A DNA stretch of 64,000 nt. Origin: Schmidtea polychroa. Its lineage: Eukaryota. Location: assembly GCA_044892525.1 (NCBI GenBank), contig CM097885.1, forward strand, positions 235,540,001 through 235,604,000, written 5' to 3'. The position numbers and the translations under genes were made by a program. Of the stretch, positions 1-12,515 are shown piece by piece; the first letter of the stretch is position 1; each line of letters starts with the position of its first letter. The notes under the pieces were generated by a model. It ran no database searches. It was not told the DNA's origin and saw nothing but the letters and a program-made list of their open reading frames with translations.

Positions 1-620
1 CACAATGAGACCCAAGCAGTGAGATAAAAGGAGGAATATTTTGAGTCCTAATCAAGGGTAAACAAATTAGGATAAACAAAAACCCCAAAATATTGATTTA
101 GGATTCCCGGGAAGATAATTTAGCACAATTTTTTAGGTAATTGGTCTCTCATGAACAGTATAAAAAGATAGCTCAGAATTGAGCAAGCTGCCATTTGTTC
201 GAAGAGAGAAAAGAAAGCAGAGAAGCAGAAATCCGGCGATCAGTAATTTAAAGGAGAAATATTAGGGGTAACAATTACTCGGCAAAATCAACTAACTGAG
301 TTTTCGAGTATCTGTAAGGAAAATTAACCGAGTATTTCTAACAAAAACAACATATTTGTAATTCATATTGTTATGGGGGTTATGGTTGTTATTATAGTTA
401 ATAGATTATTGTTTTTATTGCTATTATTGTTAATTATTGTTAATTTATGTTATTTTGTAGGAGAATTTGAAGAGCCCGATAGAGTCACCAAAAAAAATGT
501 GTTGGGACAATCGGGGTGCAGGCTGTGTGGTGATGAATAAAAATAAAAATAAATATAACAGTATAACAATTATGATACTAAAACTTTTATTTAACAATAC
601 AAAAAAAATTAACCACTTTG

Positions 621-912
621 TCCTCGAGGTTGCTTCAGAGATTAGTAGGTAATATCTTTCCTAATCTTTTACTGAATTAGTTTTGTCGGATTCTCTCCTC
701 AGAGGTTGCTTCAGAGATTAATAGGTAATATCTTTTCTAATCTTTTACGGAATTAGTTTTGTCGGATTCTCTCCTCAGAGGTTGCTTCAGAGATTAATAG
801 ATAATATCTTTTCTAATCTTTTACGGAATTAGTTTTGTCGGATTCTCTCCTCAGAGGTTGCTTCAGAGATTAATAGATAATATCTTATCTAATCTTTTAC
901 GGAATTAGTTTT
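621..912. repeat. 76-bp tandem repeat, ~3.8 copies
   Basis: GAGGTTGCTTCAGAGATTA recurs at 626, 702, 778 and 854 (period 76), and the units are near-identical. Confidence 0.95.
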
Positions 913-1073
913 GTTCTAGTCTTCTAATATTCTTTTTTCCGTTTTAAAGGAATTGGTTTGATAATATTCTTTCCAATTTCTTCTAAATTTGTTTTCTTAT
1001 TCTTGTCTTAGTTACTTTTTGTTCTAAATTTTATTTGATTTCTTTATTGACTTTTTTTTAATTTTTAATTTAC

Positions 1074-1109
1074 TATAGCGATAATTTACTATAGTAAATT
1101 ATCGCTATA
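1074..1109. repeat. Perfect 36-bp palindrome
   Basis: TATAGCGATAATTTACTA|TAGTAAATTATCGCTATA is its own reverse complement. Confidence 0.95.
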
Positions 1110-1317
1110 TAGTTTTTTATTAAAAATCTGGATTTCCCAGATGGTTGTATTTTATATCTTAGTATACACAATTCCTAATTGTGAATACTAAAATATTAAC
1201 AAAAATAACTGTACATTACACATATATTTTTATATTTTTAATTCATTATATATTATAGACTATAGAGTATAAAAAATAGTATATAATTGATGAGTGGAGT
1301 ATAGAATTATTTAACTT

Positions 1318-1985
1318 TATTTAAAAAATAATACTTTAAGAAAATTAGTGCATCTAATGATTCGAAGTTTAAACGGCTTCTTATTTTGGTCAAGAAATTT
1401 CCTGCTGTTGAGAAAACCCTTTCTGTAGCGGTAGATGTTGGTTATTAAGGCCTCGTATAATCGTTCAAGATTCTCCGTACGCTTTTTGGTTACATCTAAT
1501 ATTTTAAAATATAATTTTAAGTCTCTTATATTTTTTCCAGTATTAGAACTATTATTCATGACCAAAACGGACGAAATTGCCCTGTGCATGTCTTAATAAA
1601 GCTCATTTGTATCTGTTTCTTCCATTTCGAAGCAATCGTCTATTGACACGCTGTCACTACCAGCTTCTTCAGAAATAGCAGAAACCGGATATATTTTATT
1701 CAAAAGAACATTTGCAAATTCACAAACTGCAATTTTTGACGAATATGTAAAATCACCATTGGCTCGAGGCATTTTTCCACACTGGAGATATAGTAACAAC
1801 GTCATTACTGTTTCATTTCGTCTGTCGTTCATTCAAGTTTTTAATGCAGTTATTAATTCTTTGCTTAAACTAGTATTAATTTCATGAAGCTTTCCAAACA
1901 AAAATTTAAAAACATCTTCAGAAGTTAACAACGTAGCACTTTCTTTACTTAATTCGTTAACAGCCAATTCAGTCCATTTACTGAT
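1318..1985 (-). pseudogene. hAT transposase 3' remnant (hATC dimerisation region)
   Basis: Across stops and a frameshift it reads ELAVNELSKESATLL...RRNE..LLLYL...RTENLERLYEAL / TSTATERVFSTAGNFLTKIRSRL..LDALIFLK, matching the hAT C-terminal ERxFS motif. Confidence 0.75.
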
Positions 1986-2587
1986 TTAATTTAGTTTCTG
2001 TTCTGGTATTCTATTCTGCTTAATTACCAGATCTATTTTTTTGTCAATTTTTTTTCGATTTTTTTAAAATTTTCAATTCTTTATAGTAAATTGAATTAAT
2101 CAGTGTAATTTATAAGTGGAAAAAAAATATTATACATAAAACATTAACATTAAGAAGTCAAAACCAATTAGGTCAAAAATGGAACAATTACAGCTATTAT
2201 GGGAGTATATAATTCAGATAATCGGCAGTAGCGTTAGGTAGGGAAGAAGAAACTGACAATAAAAATATAAGGAACAAAGTCAAGAAAAAAAAGAATTATA
2301 AGAGGAACTGAAGAGTTAGAAAAGGGAGTATTAAAGGAGTTCGGATCCGAGAGCGGAATCAAATAAAAAGGTGAAACTTATTTTTAAACCGCACAAAGTC
2401 GAGCCTTTCCAGAGCGAAGTTCGATCGGAAATTGGGAGCAAAATCGTGGTTAACTAAAAGTTGTAATTATTTATTGAGAATAACAACAAATATACTTTGG
2501 GAGTTTGTGTTTGTCAATTTGGGACACGTGGACTCAGAGTAACCAATGGTCGACTTTTTAGTATCATAAAACCCAACATTATTATCA

Positions 2588-2720
<133 letters not shown>

Positions 2721-3470
2721 GTTATTAATAATAATTTGAAAATATTTAGAATTCAATTGAAATAGTTCAATTTGTTATATCCAAACTTGCAATTATTAAT
2801 AAAAAACAAACAATTCAAAATTTAAACTGTTCAGTTCCTAAATATATGTTTAAAGATTACTTGGAAAATTTAAAAGTAAACTTTTTTGTTAATATATTAT
2901 TAAAATAAAAATAATTTATTTATGGTTTCAGAATCAAATTTATAACTCATCAATTGAAATTTGGAGTTCTGGACAATTTGAGAATTCAATTAGTTTGACC
3001 CTTGTCAAACGTCTTGATCAATTTAATCCCATTTCAATTCCATCAAATGTTTTTTATTTTAATCTTACACAATTCTCAAACGAATCAATCTCCATTTGTT
3101 TCGTAAACGTAAATATTAATTTATTTAAAAATTTAATTTTAAAATTTACTTTTCGTGGTATTTTGGTTTGTATAAATCAAGTTTGATAAATATTTTTGTG
3201 ACAATATTTTTTATTGCTTAATTATAATTTCATATTCAAGTAATTACATGTTAGTTACAGGCGCGCATTATCCCATAGGCACAGTAGGCACAGTGCCTAG
3301 GGCCTACGAATATTAAATGGCCTACGAAAATATGTATTTATACTTACGAAAAATGTATATTATAAATATTTAACCAGAGCATGAAAAAAAAATTGATTTA
3401 ATTCATAATAATTAAAAATTTATTTTCAAAAAAATATAAAAAAATAACATTAATTTAGTAAACAATTTAT

Positions 3471-5201
3471 TCAATTATTATCTAAAATAACTTTTCTGCA
3501 TTTTTTATTTGCGAATTCGACAATAACCTCATCGAAACTAATCTCTCGCATTAAATCACTTTCAATAGATAAAAGTGTTAGTGCTGACAATCGTTCCTGC
3601 CCCATAGTTGATCGGAGACAATTTTTAATTCTTTTAAGCTTTGAAAAACTACGTTCCCCTTCCGCATTCGTACCAAATATTGATAAATAAATTCGTAACA
3701 CAATATTTACATTGGGAAAACTGGTAACTAATTTATCATTTATTTGTGCAACTAACATTTCGTTCACTGATTTTTTATCTCCATACATTCGTGAAAATAA
3801 TAAAAACTCGTCACAAAATGCATCTTCAACATCTGAAGAATATATTTGCACTAACTTGTTTGCTTTCGAAACTATTTCATCATTTGTCAAAGTTCTGTCC
3901 ACTAAAAAATTAAACCTTTCATATAACATTCCGTATGCTTCAAGACGTTTACGCATCTCAATAATAAGTTTATCTACTATTATATAAAAAGATTCAATAC
4001 GAAATTTGTTACTTGCACTCAGGCTCAAACTAGGATCGGTGTTGTCTAAAACTTCGTCAAAAAATCTATTTCTTATTCGTTTACGTTGTGTATGTTGTTT
4101 ATATTCGGAAGTTGTAAGTTTTTTTGCCATGGTTTCAAATTTATCAAACTCTATACGAATACCATCAAAGTAAGCTATGAGAGTTTTAAATAATTTGACA
4201 ATGGTACATAATTCTATGCCAGTCTCCTGCAGAGCTTTATTGACAATATTAATATTTTGCAATAAATCATTCCAAATAACACACATCAATGCTGTTTCAA
4301 AATTGTTCAGGTTTTTTATTAAAGATTTAGCTTCCTGCACAGCCACTGCAGGCTGACGTTCGCTTTCAGTTATTTCAAACAATGCTTTTTGAATTTCTGA
4401 ATAATTCATGAATAGAGCTTTAGTAGCATCATGTCGTACAGACCATCTGGTTTCTGATAAATTTTTTACAACACAAGTATTTTCTTTCATATTGTCTTTA
4501 AATTTGGACCATCTCTGTGGTGAAGCGGAAAAAATAGTATATATTGCTTCTAAAATTCCAAAAAACTTTACTGCTTCCAGGCAACACTCCACAGCAGTTG
4601 AACCCACCAAATTAAGACTATGTGCAGCACATGGAACCCATTCCGCCAGTTTATTTATTTCTCTAAATCTAGCTTGTACACCTGTATATATGCCGCTCAT
4701 ATTACTGGCGTTATCATATGATTGGGACCTGCAATTTCCAATACTTATGTTATGATGTTCCAAAGTATGTCGTATAATGTCGAATAAATATTTTCCATCG
4801 TGTTGTTCAATTGCAATAAATTTTAAAAATCGATCAACCACATTTCCACATTTAAGGACATACCGAATTATCACGGTAATCTGGTCCATATGACTAATAT
4901 CAGGAGTTGAATCAATGCTGATTCCATAATATTTCGCTTCTTTAATTTCAGATATTATCTGCGTTGTTACTTTGGATTCTAGTATACCAATAAATTCTTC
5001 ACATATAATATTAGATAAATAGGAAACATTTCCTCTTCCAGGATTTCCATGTCTTCGAATATGCTCCTTTAAAAAAGGATCAAATTCGGCTATAAGATCG
5101 ATACAACCAAGATAATTTCCATTATTAGAACAATTATGAATTTCATTATTCCCACGGAATGGCAAACCTCTTTCAGATAGAAATTTTATTACGGCAACTA
5201 T
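3471..5201 (-). CDS. hAT transposase, C-terminal part (DUF4371-like region, DDE core, hATC)
   Basis: Motifs DSTPDISH, SYDNASNMSG, CAAHSLNL, ETRW, ERSFSKLKRIKNCLRSTMGQERL; in frame with the 7056-7892 part once the LTR and one TSD copy are removed. Confidence 0.93.
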   Translation of the reverse strand: MVAVIKFLSERGLPFRGNNEIHNCSNNGNYLGCIDLIAEFDPFLKEHIRRHGNPGRGNVSYLSNIICEEFIGILESKVTTQIISEIKEAKYYGISIDSTPDISHMDQITVIIRYVLKCGNVVDRFLKFIAIEQHDGKYLFDIIRHTLEHHNISIGNCRSQSYDNASNMSGIYTGVQARFREINKLAEWVPCAAHSLNLVGSTAVECCLEAVKFFGILEAIYTIFSASPQRWSKFKDNMKENTCVVKNLSETRWSVRHDATKALFMNYSEIQKALFEITESERQPAVAVQEAKSLIKNLNNFETALMCVIWNDLLQNINIVNKALQETGIELCTIVKLFKTLIAYFDGIRIEFDKFETMAKKLTTSEYKQHTQRKRIRNRFFDEVLDNTDPSLSLSASNKFRIESFYIIVDKLIIEMRKRLEAYGMLYERFNFLVDRTLTNDEIVSKANKLVQIYSSDVEDAFCDEFLLFSRMYGDKKSVNEMLVAQINDKLVTSFPNVNIVLRIYLSIFGTNAEGERSFSKLKRIKNCLRSTMGQERLSALTLLSIESDLMREISFDEVIVEFANKKCRKVILDNN

Positions 5202-5205
5202 TCTC

Positions 5206-7055
5206 TGTTGGGCTAGAACTGACTTCTAGACCCAAATTTCTAATTGTGACCGAAATGTGTAGGTACACAGCATGCAAAAAGCAAAAAGTATAGTTAAATA
5301 TTAAAAACTACACCAAATAACCAATGGTAATTAAAGAAAAAAAAAACAACAAAAACCTAAAACACAGAAATTAAATAAAATTATACAAAAACAAGAAGTT
5401 ATGCAAAATCTAACTCAAAAATAGCCAAATAAACACAGAGTTACAAAAAACAAACTCGAATAACTTAAAAGATGGTAAAAATAGCAAAAAATTCCAGAAA
5501 AACCCAGAACATTCCATAAAAATGGCGATGACCATCATAAAAGCTACCTTAAACAATAAAATTTAGAAAAATAAATAAATTAGTATTAAAAATAAAATTT
5601 CTTAAAAAGAAATTCGTAAAATATCAGTTAAAAATAAAAATTGAATTAAAAGTAATATGGAATGTTCTGGAACCGTTCCAAATCCATCATGGAGGAAAAA
5701 TTAGCAAAAAATATTTAGGAAATAAAATTTTAAAAATAAAAATAAAAATTATGACGCAAAAATCGCCATTAAAAATATCAAAATTACAAAATAGAAACTT
5801 CTGGAATAAAAAGAATTCGAGTTTGTTTTAATGCATCAATACATACACGTGTACAAAATAGGTATATATACCGACGCATTTTAGTCACAATTTAATCTTT
5901 TTATGCCAAAATTTTTCTTGAAAAATTCGGAACCCACTAATAGTAAGGACGATTGATTAATTTGATCATGATTGTTATTTATTTTATAATTGTTATTTTA
6001 TTATTTGTGATTTCATTTCATTATATTGATTAACTCGTAACTCAATTATAAATTTTTCACGTAGTTTGACCGCGATACAGCTAAGGGTCAGTATCCTTAA
6101 CAGCACCACGAGTCTTTGGAGAGACTCCTAGGAGTGGAACGGGGTTTAGAGGCACATAAATGCGGGGTTATGGGGTGAGGATAGTGGCTCGTTTAGTGAT
6201 GGTGGCCGCGATAGGGCAAGAATACATCGACAATAATGTAGAAAGATATTGATGTTACCTTTGTTTTAGTGCAGGAACTCTTGGAAGAGATGCGAGCCGA
6301 TAGGGAATGGGCACATCGACAGGCGGAGGAATACCGGACCAAGTGGGCACGAGTCAAGGCCCACTGTCGGAACTTCGAGTGCACCTGGTTCCCACCAGCG
6401 GAGATGAAGAAGAGGATGAAGTTGATTACCCAACTACAACTTCAGAATGCACAAGACCAGATTGAGTTGCGGGCCCTCCGCCTAAGAGTGAGGGAACTGG
6501 AAGTCAAGGTGCATCAACAGGAGCTGGAGCGAGAGGTCATTGCCAAGATCCGGCCCTTAGATGAGTTGCTCCGTCGATCGAAGGAAAACGCCCCAACAGC
6601 AGTAGCCCCAAGGAAGAAGATTCGGCCGGGAAAAGCGGCGCGAGCGAGGATAAGGCAGGCCAGCCAGGCCCAATTAGCTCTCCATGCTACTGAATCAGAG
6701 GCTACACCAAGGGGGCCGACCAGCACACGATAAGTTATTCATGTTGTCCAAATAAATCTTCACGAGTGCGTCCATAGCGGGGCATTTTGATTTTTTTTAT
6801 TACAATGTTAATTGTCGTAACGGGGACGAAAAGAAATCGGACATAGGCCTTCTATCGGCAGTCCGTGAACCCCAGTGGGTGCTAGACAATTATAGTATGT
6901 TGAGCATGCTCACTTTTTGCTAGCGCCCAAACCCTTGATACAGTACCAACGTTGATTGCTCAACGGGTATCAAGTGGTCAGCTATAAATTGTATTCTGGG
7001 TTGCGCTGGAAACAGCATGAGGAGGTAAAGATTTTACAGTACCTGTAACCCACCA
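5206..7055 (+). mobile_element. Solo LTR (1850 bp), probably Gypsy-type
   Basis: Starts TGTTGGG and ends CCCACCA (TG..CA, short inverted ends); 4-bp TSD TCTC at 5202-5205 and 7056-7059; removal restores the transposase reading EVLKRIVAV; strand inferred from TATA-like 5863 and AATAAA 6750. Confidence 0.85.
6269..6733 (+). CDS. Coiled-coil/basic ORF of unknown function inside the solo LTR
   Basis: 154 open codons, markedly GC-richer than the surroundings; heptad-like LQLQNAQDQIELRALRLRVRELEVKV; basic PRKKIR; true start uncertain (in-frame ATG at 6236 is followed by TAG). Confidence 0.55.
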   Translation: MQELLEEMRADREWAHRQAEEYRTKWARVKAHCRNFECTWFPPAEMKKRMKLITQLQLQNAQDQIELRALRLRVRELEVKVHQQELEREVIAKIRPLDELLRRSKENAPTAVAPRKKIRPGKAARARIRQASQAQLALHATESEATPRGPTSTR

Positions 7056-7892
7056 TCTCTTTAAAACTTCAATCCAGTATTTACATAATTTATCTTTCTC
7101 TTTCTGTAGTTCTACATCAATTTTACTGTTCTTCTGTAATTGAAACATAGCTGATACTGCGTCAAGATGATCTTTTGATTTTTCATGTGATGTAATCCTG
7201 GACATTGCATTTTTCCAATCATCAAATCCAATTTTAAATTGATTGAGAATTACGTTCACGTTCACTCTAGGGAAAAGCTTGCAGATATAACAATGTACTG
7301 TTCCAGTTGATGGAGAATATATAAGCCAGTCTCTTTCGATTGTTTCCCCATTTGTTAATTTCCTGATAAAATATTCTTTACGTGGATATCTGGTTTTGTC
7401 TCCATATTTTCTACCCTTCAAGAGAAAATTGAAATCTATATTTTGCGAAGGCTTATTTTCAGAAAAATAATTTATGAGATCAGCAGTAATATCCCAATTA
7501 GCTGGATCATTATTATATTTTAAGTTTAAATTAACTTTTGATATTTCATTAGATATTTCTATTATATTATCCTCTAAAGATATAATTATTTCGGCAGAAG
7601 TTTGACCTTCTACTACCTCTGTCTCACCTGTATACGTGCCCTGTTTATCAGTACTAATATCTTCTGTACCACTACTACCACATGATAATTGTTCTGAAGT
7701 TTTATTTTGATTTTGGTTTTCTGGTCCAATAAATTCGTTTACATTTGTAGAACAGCTTTCATTATTTCCTCTTGTTGCTGTTATATATTTGAGTAGTGAA
7801 CCTTTCATGTTTTTCAATGCTTCTTCTTTGACAATTTTCTTTTTACGCTTTTCTGAGCCTGACTCATGTTTTCTCTTATATCCGCCAGACAT
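7056..7892 (-). CDS. hAT transposase, N-terminal part (TTF-type zinc finger)
   Basis: MSGGYKRKHESGSEKRKKK; RDWLIYSPSTGTVHCYICKLF...WKNAMSRITSHEKSKDH. Confidence 0.92.
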
Positions 7893-8772
7893 TTCTTTAA
7901 ATTTTAAACTGGCTAAACTAAATATAATTTTTATAGTTAGAGGAAAATATTTAATATTATGTATACTTACTTCAAGAATTTCAGTTCTATGAACAATATA
8001 CTTAATCTACACTTTTATAGATTTTATATTGAGATGCTTGTTTTTATTATTGTTAATACAACTGGAACTTTTTAATATATGTACTTCAATTAGAATTCCT
8101 TTTGATACAAATCACTTGTTTTTTGATTTACTATTAAATAATTTATATTTGGAATTACATATATATTAATATTTTTATTAAATTATTATATATTTAAAAA
8201 AGAAGACTTACTTTTAAATAATTAATATTTACAGTTTACAGAAATATTATCGTTTATAAATAACATAACTATAGATAACTTTAACAAAGAATAAACACTA
8301 TTATAATTCTTAAATTTTTCTGAAAACTAATTGTAAAAAAAGTACTACAAAAAAACAATTGCAACCATAAATCCACAGCTACTAAATACGCAAATTTAAA
8401 TTCTTAAATTCTTAAATTTAAATTTTAAAAATTAGCGATATAGCTGACTTCATTAGGGATACTGTACTGACAACAAATTTTGCGAGAGGGTCTCCCAAGC
8501 TAAAAGTGCTAGGGCCTACGAAGATGTTAATTCGGGTCTGGTTAGTTATTTCCCTAAATTCAGTATTTTTTGATTAAATGAAATAAATACAATTATTTGA
8601 TTATTAAATAATTAATTTTTACTAATAATTTATAAATATTAATAAATAATAAATATTAAATTATCTATAACTGTTATATATTTATTTATAAAAACAATTT
8701 ATTAAAATAATGTTAGGTTAATTATTCTTCAATAATATTATTTTGTTTATATGTTTTGTTCATGTTGTTTAA

Positions 8773-9013
8773 CCTCTTAAGTGGCTATAACGGATATATA
8801 CGTCATCAACATATACATTACAATTGACAAAATATGTTAAAAATATATCATAAATATTACTTTTGTTAACATATTATCTTAATAAATATTATCCAATAAG
8901 ATATTATTTTATTTTTTGTAACACTATGCCCAAGACGTATATATACGCTAGAGTATAACAAAACTCGCCGCTGAGGAGCGCATTTCGTTTGACGAAATAA
9001 ACCACTTAAGAGG
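8773..9013. mobile_element. piggyBac-type MITE (241 bp)
   Basis: TTAA on both sides; 12-bp TIR CCTCTTAAGTGG / CCACTTAAGAGG; internal inverted ATATATACGTC motif. Confidence 0.85.
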
Positions 9014-9379
9014 TTAAATAATTATAATTTCAATATGCATTTTTTGCAGTGATCTTAATATACTGTTTTGACTGTGTTAATATTTGTTTTGAAGACTAAA
9101 CATAGTTTTTGTTCAGTTTCTTGAATTCTTTTCACAACAGGTTCAAGTATAAAGTCAAGTAGCAAGTCAAATTATAATTAAATTTTATTAATTCAAATAA
9201 GAATCAAATTCAAAAAAAATCTTCTGAGGAAAATGCTACATAAATAAGAAATTTAACAAACCGCATCAAACCACAACCTGCATTTACAAAGTTTTATATT
9301 AATAAATAAAATTACATTTTTATAGATATTATTATTATTGTAGTGCACTACTCTTAAAAGACTTTCACAGAAAAGAACT

Positions 9380-9680
9380 ATTTATCTTTTTTAAATAGAT
9401 CGAGTTAGATTTCGGATTTCTTAGATGTTATTTAAATCTTTTACAAGATTAAACTTATTTTTGAATAAGTTTTTAGATACAATTATTTTCCTGAGACATT
9501 ACAGAACAGCTAGCACACTCTTGATATACCGCCTATGCAGGTCTCTACCAACGTGCGCTTGAAATATAACAAACGATTGTATAATATTAAATTTCGAAGA
9601 AATAAATCCTAATTTTTGTTTTCCAAAAAAATGAGTTAGTTCTTTGAATCGAGAATCAGTAGATAAATTATACATGTTTC
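9380..9680 (-). pseudogene. Possible highly decayed CR1/L2-like LINE ORF2 3' remnant
   Basis: Weak by-eye resemblance (KFNIIQSFV...YIKSVLAVL*CLRKII) to the post-RT region of CR1-group LINEs. Confidence 0.2.
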
Positions 9681-10507
9681 AGAAGTTTTCCATTATTATT
9701 CATATAGTTCCTGCTAACCTTTAAGCAGTGGCCGTTAAAATATTTTAACCATTCTATAACGTTATATTTTAAAATTTTGGGTTTCTAAAAGACCAGAGTG
9801 AATATTTTGGTCTCAGAAATTTGTGATCGAATGAGATTTGATGTTTTCTATACGTAAAAATGTTCTTATTAGATTTGAATAGGAAATGTTGATCTCAGTC
9901 GATTTATGCAAGATTTTACAGTTACAATAAAAACACGTGTATTTATTTTTATCAAAAGAGTTTATAGTCAAATGATAAATAACATCTTTCTACAAAGAAA
10001 AATGGTCAGTCTTTTTGTATAGAATTTTTCACTCTAAATAAAAAACACATGCATTTATTTTGACTAGAAAATACGAGTTACAAAGTGACATGTTTCATAT
10101 TTTTACATGCAAATATGGTCTCAGTTATTTGAATAAGAATTTTGTATAAAATAAACATCACAAACTTTGTAATACCCAGTGCAAATCCCAATAGTAGACT
10201 AGTTTCGAGCTTTTGGCTCTCATTAGTACTATACAGGAGACCCGAAGATTTCTCTTCGCGCCAAGTAAGTTTACAATATTGCTGATTCAACTTTATTGCA
10301 TACTTTCCCTGGTACACTGGAAATCACATCACTTGCAAATTAGCTTGGTAAAAGAAAATCTGTCAACTTGAAAATATGGCGTATGAAAAATAAAGTAATG
10401 GTGTAAAATATTTTTTGTTTACACCATTACTTTATAAGTTAAAAATGCTTAAGGGAATCGGATGTACTTGTAAACAATTTCTGTGTACCGACTAATTTTT
10501 TAGTCCA

Positions 10508-10920
10508 CAGAGGTGATTATAATTTTTCATACGCCATTATAAGAATTTTGTAGTATCAATATTTTCTACAGTGCTCTCGGAACTGTAAAAGTCGAATGAG
10601 AATCGATATTTTTGTACATGATTTTACAGTCTCAAGAAAAATATGTAATTATTTTGAATGGGAAATTTTCGACTAGAGAAATTCAATTATTTGTAAAAGA
10701 TAAATTTAGGAAAAAGTAATTTTTGGTTTCAAAGATATTTAATAAAAATTTTGTGAAAGAAAACTTTAATAACACTTCAATGGAAAAATTTGAAACTCCA
10801 ATATTTAACAGATAAAGTTCCTCGAAATCCCCCTAAATCCTCTGACAAAGAACAAATTTACCTCTTATTCATACTGCCATTCAGATGATTAAAATCACTT
10901 AAAGTCCAATTGACAAACTT
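10508..10920 (+). repeat. Upstream copy of the long repeat flanking the PH-SH2 genes
   Basis: Similar to 14381-14660 (same orientation) and to 16940-17136 plus 30328-30587 (inverted). Confidence 0.8.
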
Positions 10921-11024
10921 TATGTTATATATTCAATAGACCGTGACGCGTACACAAATGATGCTCATTATGTTCCGATAAAATGAACTAATTTTAAAAT
11001 CGTTTGCATTATAATATTGTTTAA

Positions 11025-12365
11025 ATGAGCATTATCTTAAAGGAACCAGTTCAAATTTTATTAAGAAAATCAAACATAACGTTTTCGGGAATTCTGGAGA
11101 ATAAAATGTCGCATCATGGATGGGTAAAATGTTATGTAATAATATTGGAAGGAAATATTTATATTTATAAAAATATTTCTGCTCAAAGTCCAAAATTAAC
11201 GAATGCGCTCTCAGCATTCAATGAGTTTCACATTGTCACAAAAAGAAAAAAGCCTCCATTATGGGTTTTTATTTTACAACCAATTGACAATAAGGTTGCT
11301 AGATTGAAGTTTGGATCTCCATCGGAACAGGAAATGTTGTATACCATTGACAAATTTAAAGAAGGTATGTTGTATTCTAATAATAGACTTCCGGAATCAA
11401 ATATGAATTCCACAAATCCAGCTCCACTATATCCAATTCTTAGTACATCAAATGAAATTTTAATGGACGATTGCAGAGAAACAAAAAATTACAAGATTTT
11501 GACGAAAAATGTAACAAATCAAGCAATTGTTCCACCATATCCGATTCTTAGTACTCCTAACTTAGAGTACAGAGCTTGTTTACAACGGACCTCAAGTGAT
11601 TGTGTACCAAATGATATTTTAATGGACAATTGCAGAGAAACTAGAAATGAAATTATTTTAACGAAAAACTTCACAAATCCAGTTCTACCATACCCAATTT
11701 TTAGTACTTATACTTTACCGACTCCAATTGTTAGTACACCAAATGAAATTTTAATGGACAATGGCAGAGAACCAAGAAATGACAACATTTTGACGAAGGA
11801 TTTTACAAATCAAGCAATTGTTCCACCATATCCATCTGTTTCTATTCCTCCTTTAGAATTCAGAGGTAATTTACCACAAATCCCAACTGATAGTAGGTCA
11901 AATGACACTTTAATAGACAATTGCAGAGAAACAAGAAAAGAAATGGTTTTGACAAATAATTTAAGAAGTTCTAATAATTTCCAATCATATCCGAACGCCA
12001 TTTCAGATGACAGAAAGGATTTACCACCAATTCCAAGCGATAGGCAATCAGAAGAAATTTCTACAGAAGATTTTATATTCAAAGGAACAAGAGATGAAGC
12101 TTCCGCTGTAATGGCGAAAATTCAACGAATTGGCGCTTATTTAATTCGCATCGAAGGGGATAGACAAGTTCTAACAGTTCAAACCGAAAGGGGAATTGTG
12201 AAATATGTCCTCACCAAAAATCCATATACAAGGCGAATCTCTATTAAAGGAGAACGAAATGAGTTTTACAGTTTGACTGATTTAGTTAAAAACTATTATA
12301 TAAATAACATTCCTGGTTATACATGTACGTTAAAATTTCCATTTAAATCAGTTTTATACAAGTGA
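11025..12365 (+). CDS. SH3BP2-like: Intronless PH - Pro-rich repeats - SH2 adaptor, SH3BP2/3BP2-like, copy 1 (446 aa)
   Basis: N-terminal PH domain (WVKCYVIILEGNIYIYKNISAQSPK..ALSAFN resembles the 3BP2 PH as I recall it); C-terminal SH2 (TRDEA...GAYLIR...FYSLTDLVKNY...LKFPF). Confidence 0.8.
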   Translation: MSIILKEPVQILLRKSNITFSGILENKMSHHGWVKCYVIILEGNIYIYKNISAQSPKLTNALSAFNEFHIVTKRKKPPLWVFILQPIDNKVARLKFGSPSEQEMLYTIDKFKEGMLYSNNRLPESNMNSTNPAPLYPILSTSNEILMDDCRETKNYKILTKNVTNQAIVPPYPILSTPNLEYRACLQRTSSDCVPNDILMDNCRETRNEIILTKNFTNPVLPYPIFSTYTLPTPIVSTPNEILMDNGREPRNDNILTKDFTNQAIVPPYPSVSIPPLEFRGNLPQIPTDSRSNDTLIDNCRETRKEMVLTNNLRSSNNFQSYPNAISDDRKDLPPIPSDRQSEEISTEDFIFKGTRDEASAVMAKIQRIGAYLIRIEGDRQVLTVQTERGIVKYVLTKNPYTRRISIKGERNEFYSLTDLVKNYYINNIPGYTCTLKFPFKSVLYK

Positions 12366-12515
12366 CAAACGTTTGTTTAAAAATTACTTTACAATTAAAA
12401 GTTGTTTATTTTTTGGTCACTTTTGTTCTGTTTATTTGTGATATTTCATTTATTTTCATTCTGACAAAAATTGATATCTTTTTAATTATACAAAACACAA
12501 ATTTTCAGCTTTACC

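Larger units (their letters stand above)
3258..8540 (-). mobile_element. hAT DNA transposon (ZMYM1/TTF-type transposase), full length, interrupted by a solo LTR
   Basis: 8-bp TSD GTTAGTTA at 3250-3257 and 8541-8548; imperfect TIRs CAGGCGCGCATTA / CAGACCCGAATTA; subterminal CTAGGGCCTACGAA near both ends. Confidence 0.93.

Noticed and set aside
1..540. LTR-like segment (TATAAAA, ...CAACA); a similar one at ~2230-2490
   Set aside because: No partner LTR, TSD, PBS or PPT visible in the window
621..912. CRISPR-like array
   Set aside because: Whole 76-bp units repeat with no unique spacers, there are no cas genes, and the context is eukaryotic
3712..4755. Antisense ORFs over the transposase, and likewise over the PH-SH2, pPolB, integrase and Gypsy genes
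   Set aside because: Shadow frames of real opposite-strand ORFs
6978..7055. Tail WWVTGTVK... as the transposase C-terminus
   Set aside because: Read-through into the inserted LTR
11022..11027. TAAATG at the start of all three PH-SH2 genes as a poxvirus-like late promoter
   Set aside because: Expected by chance in AT-rich DNA, and the three are copies of one sequence
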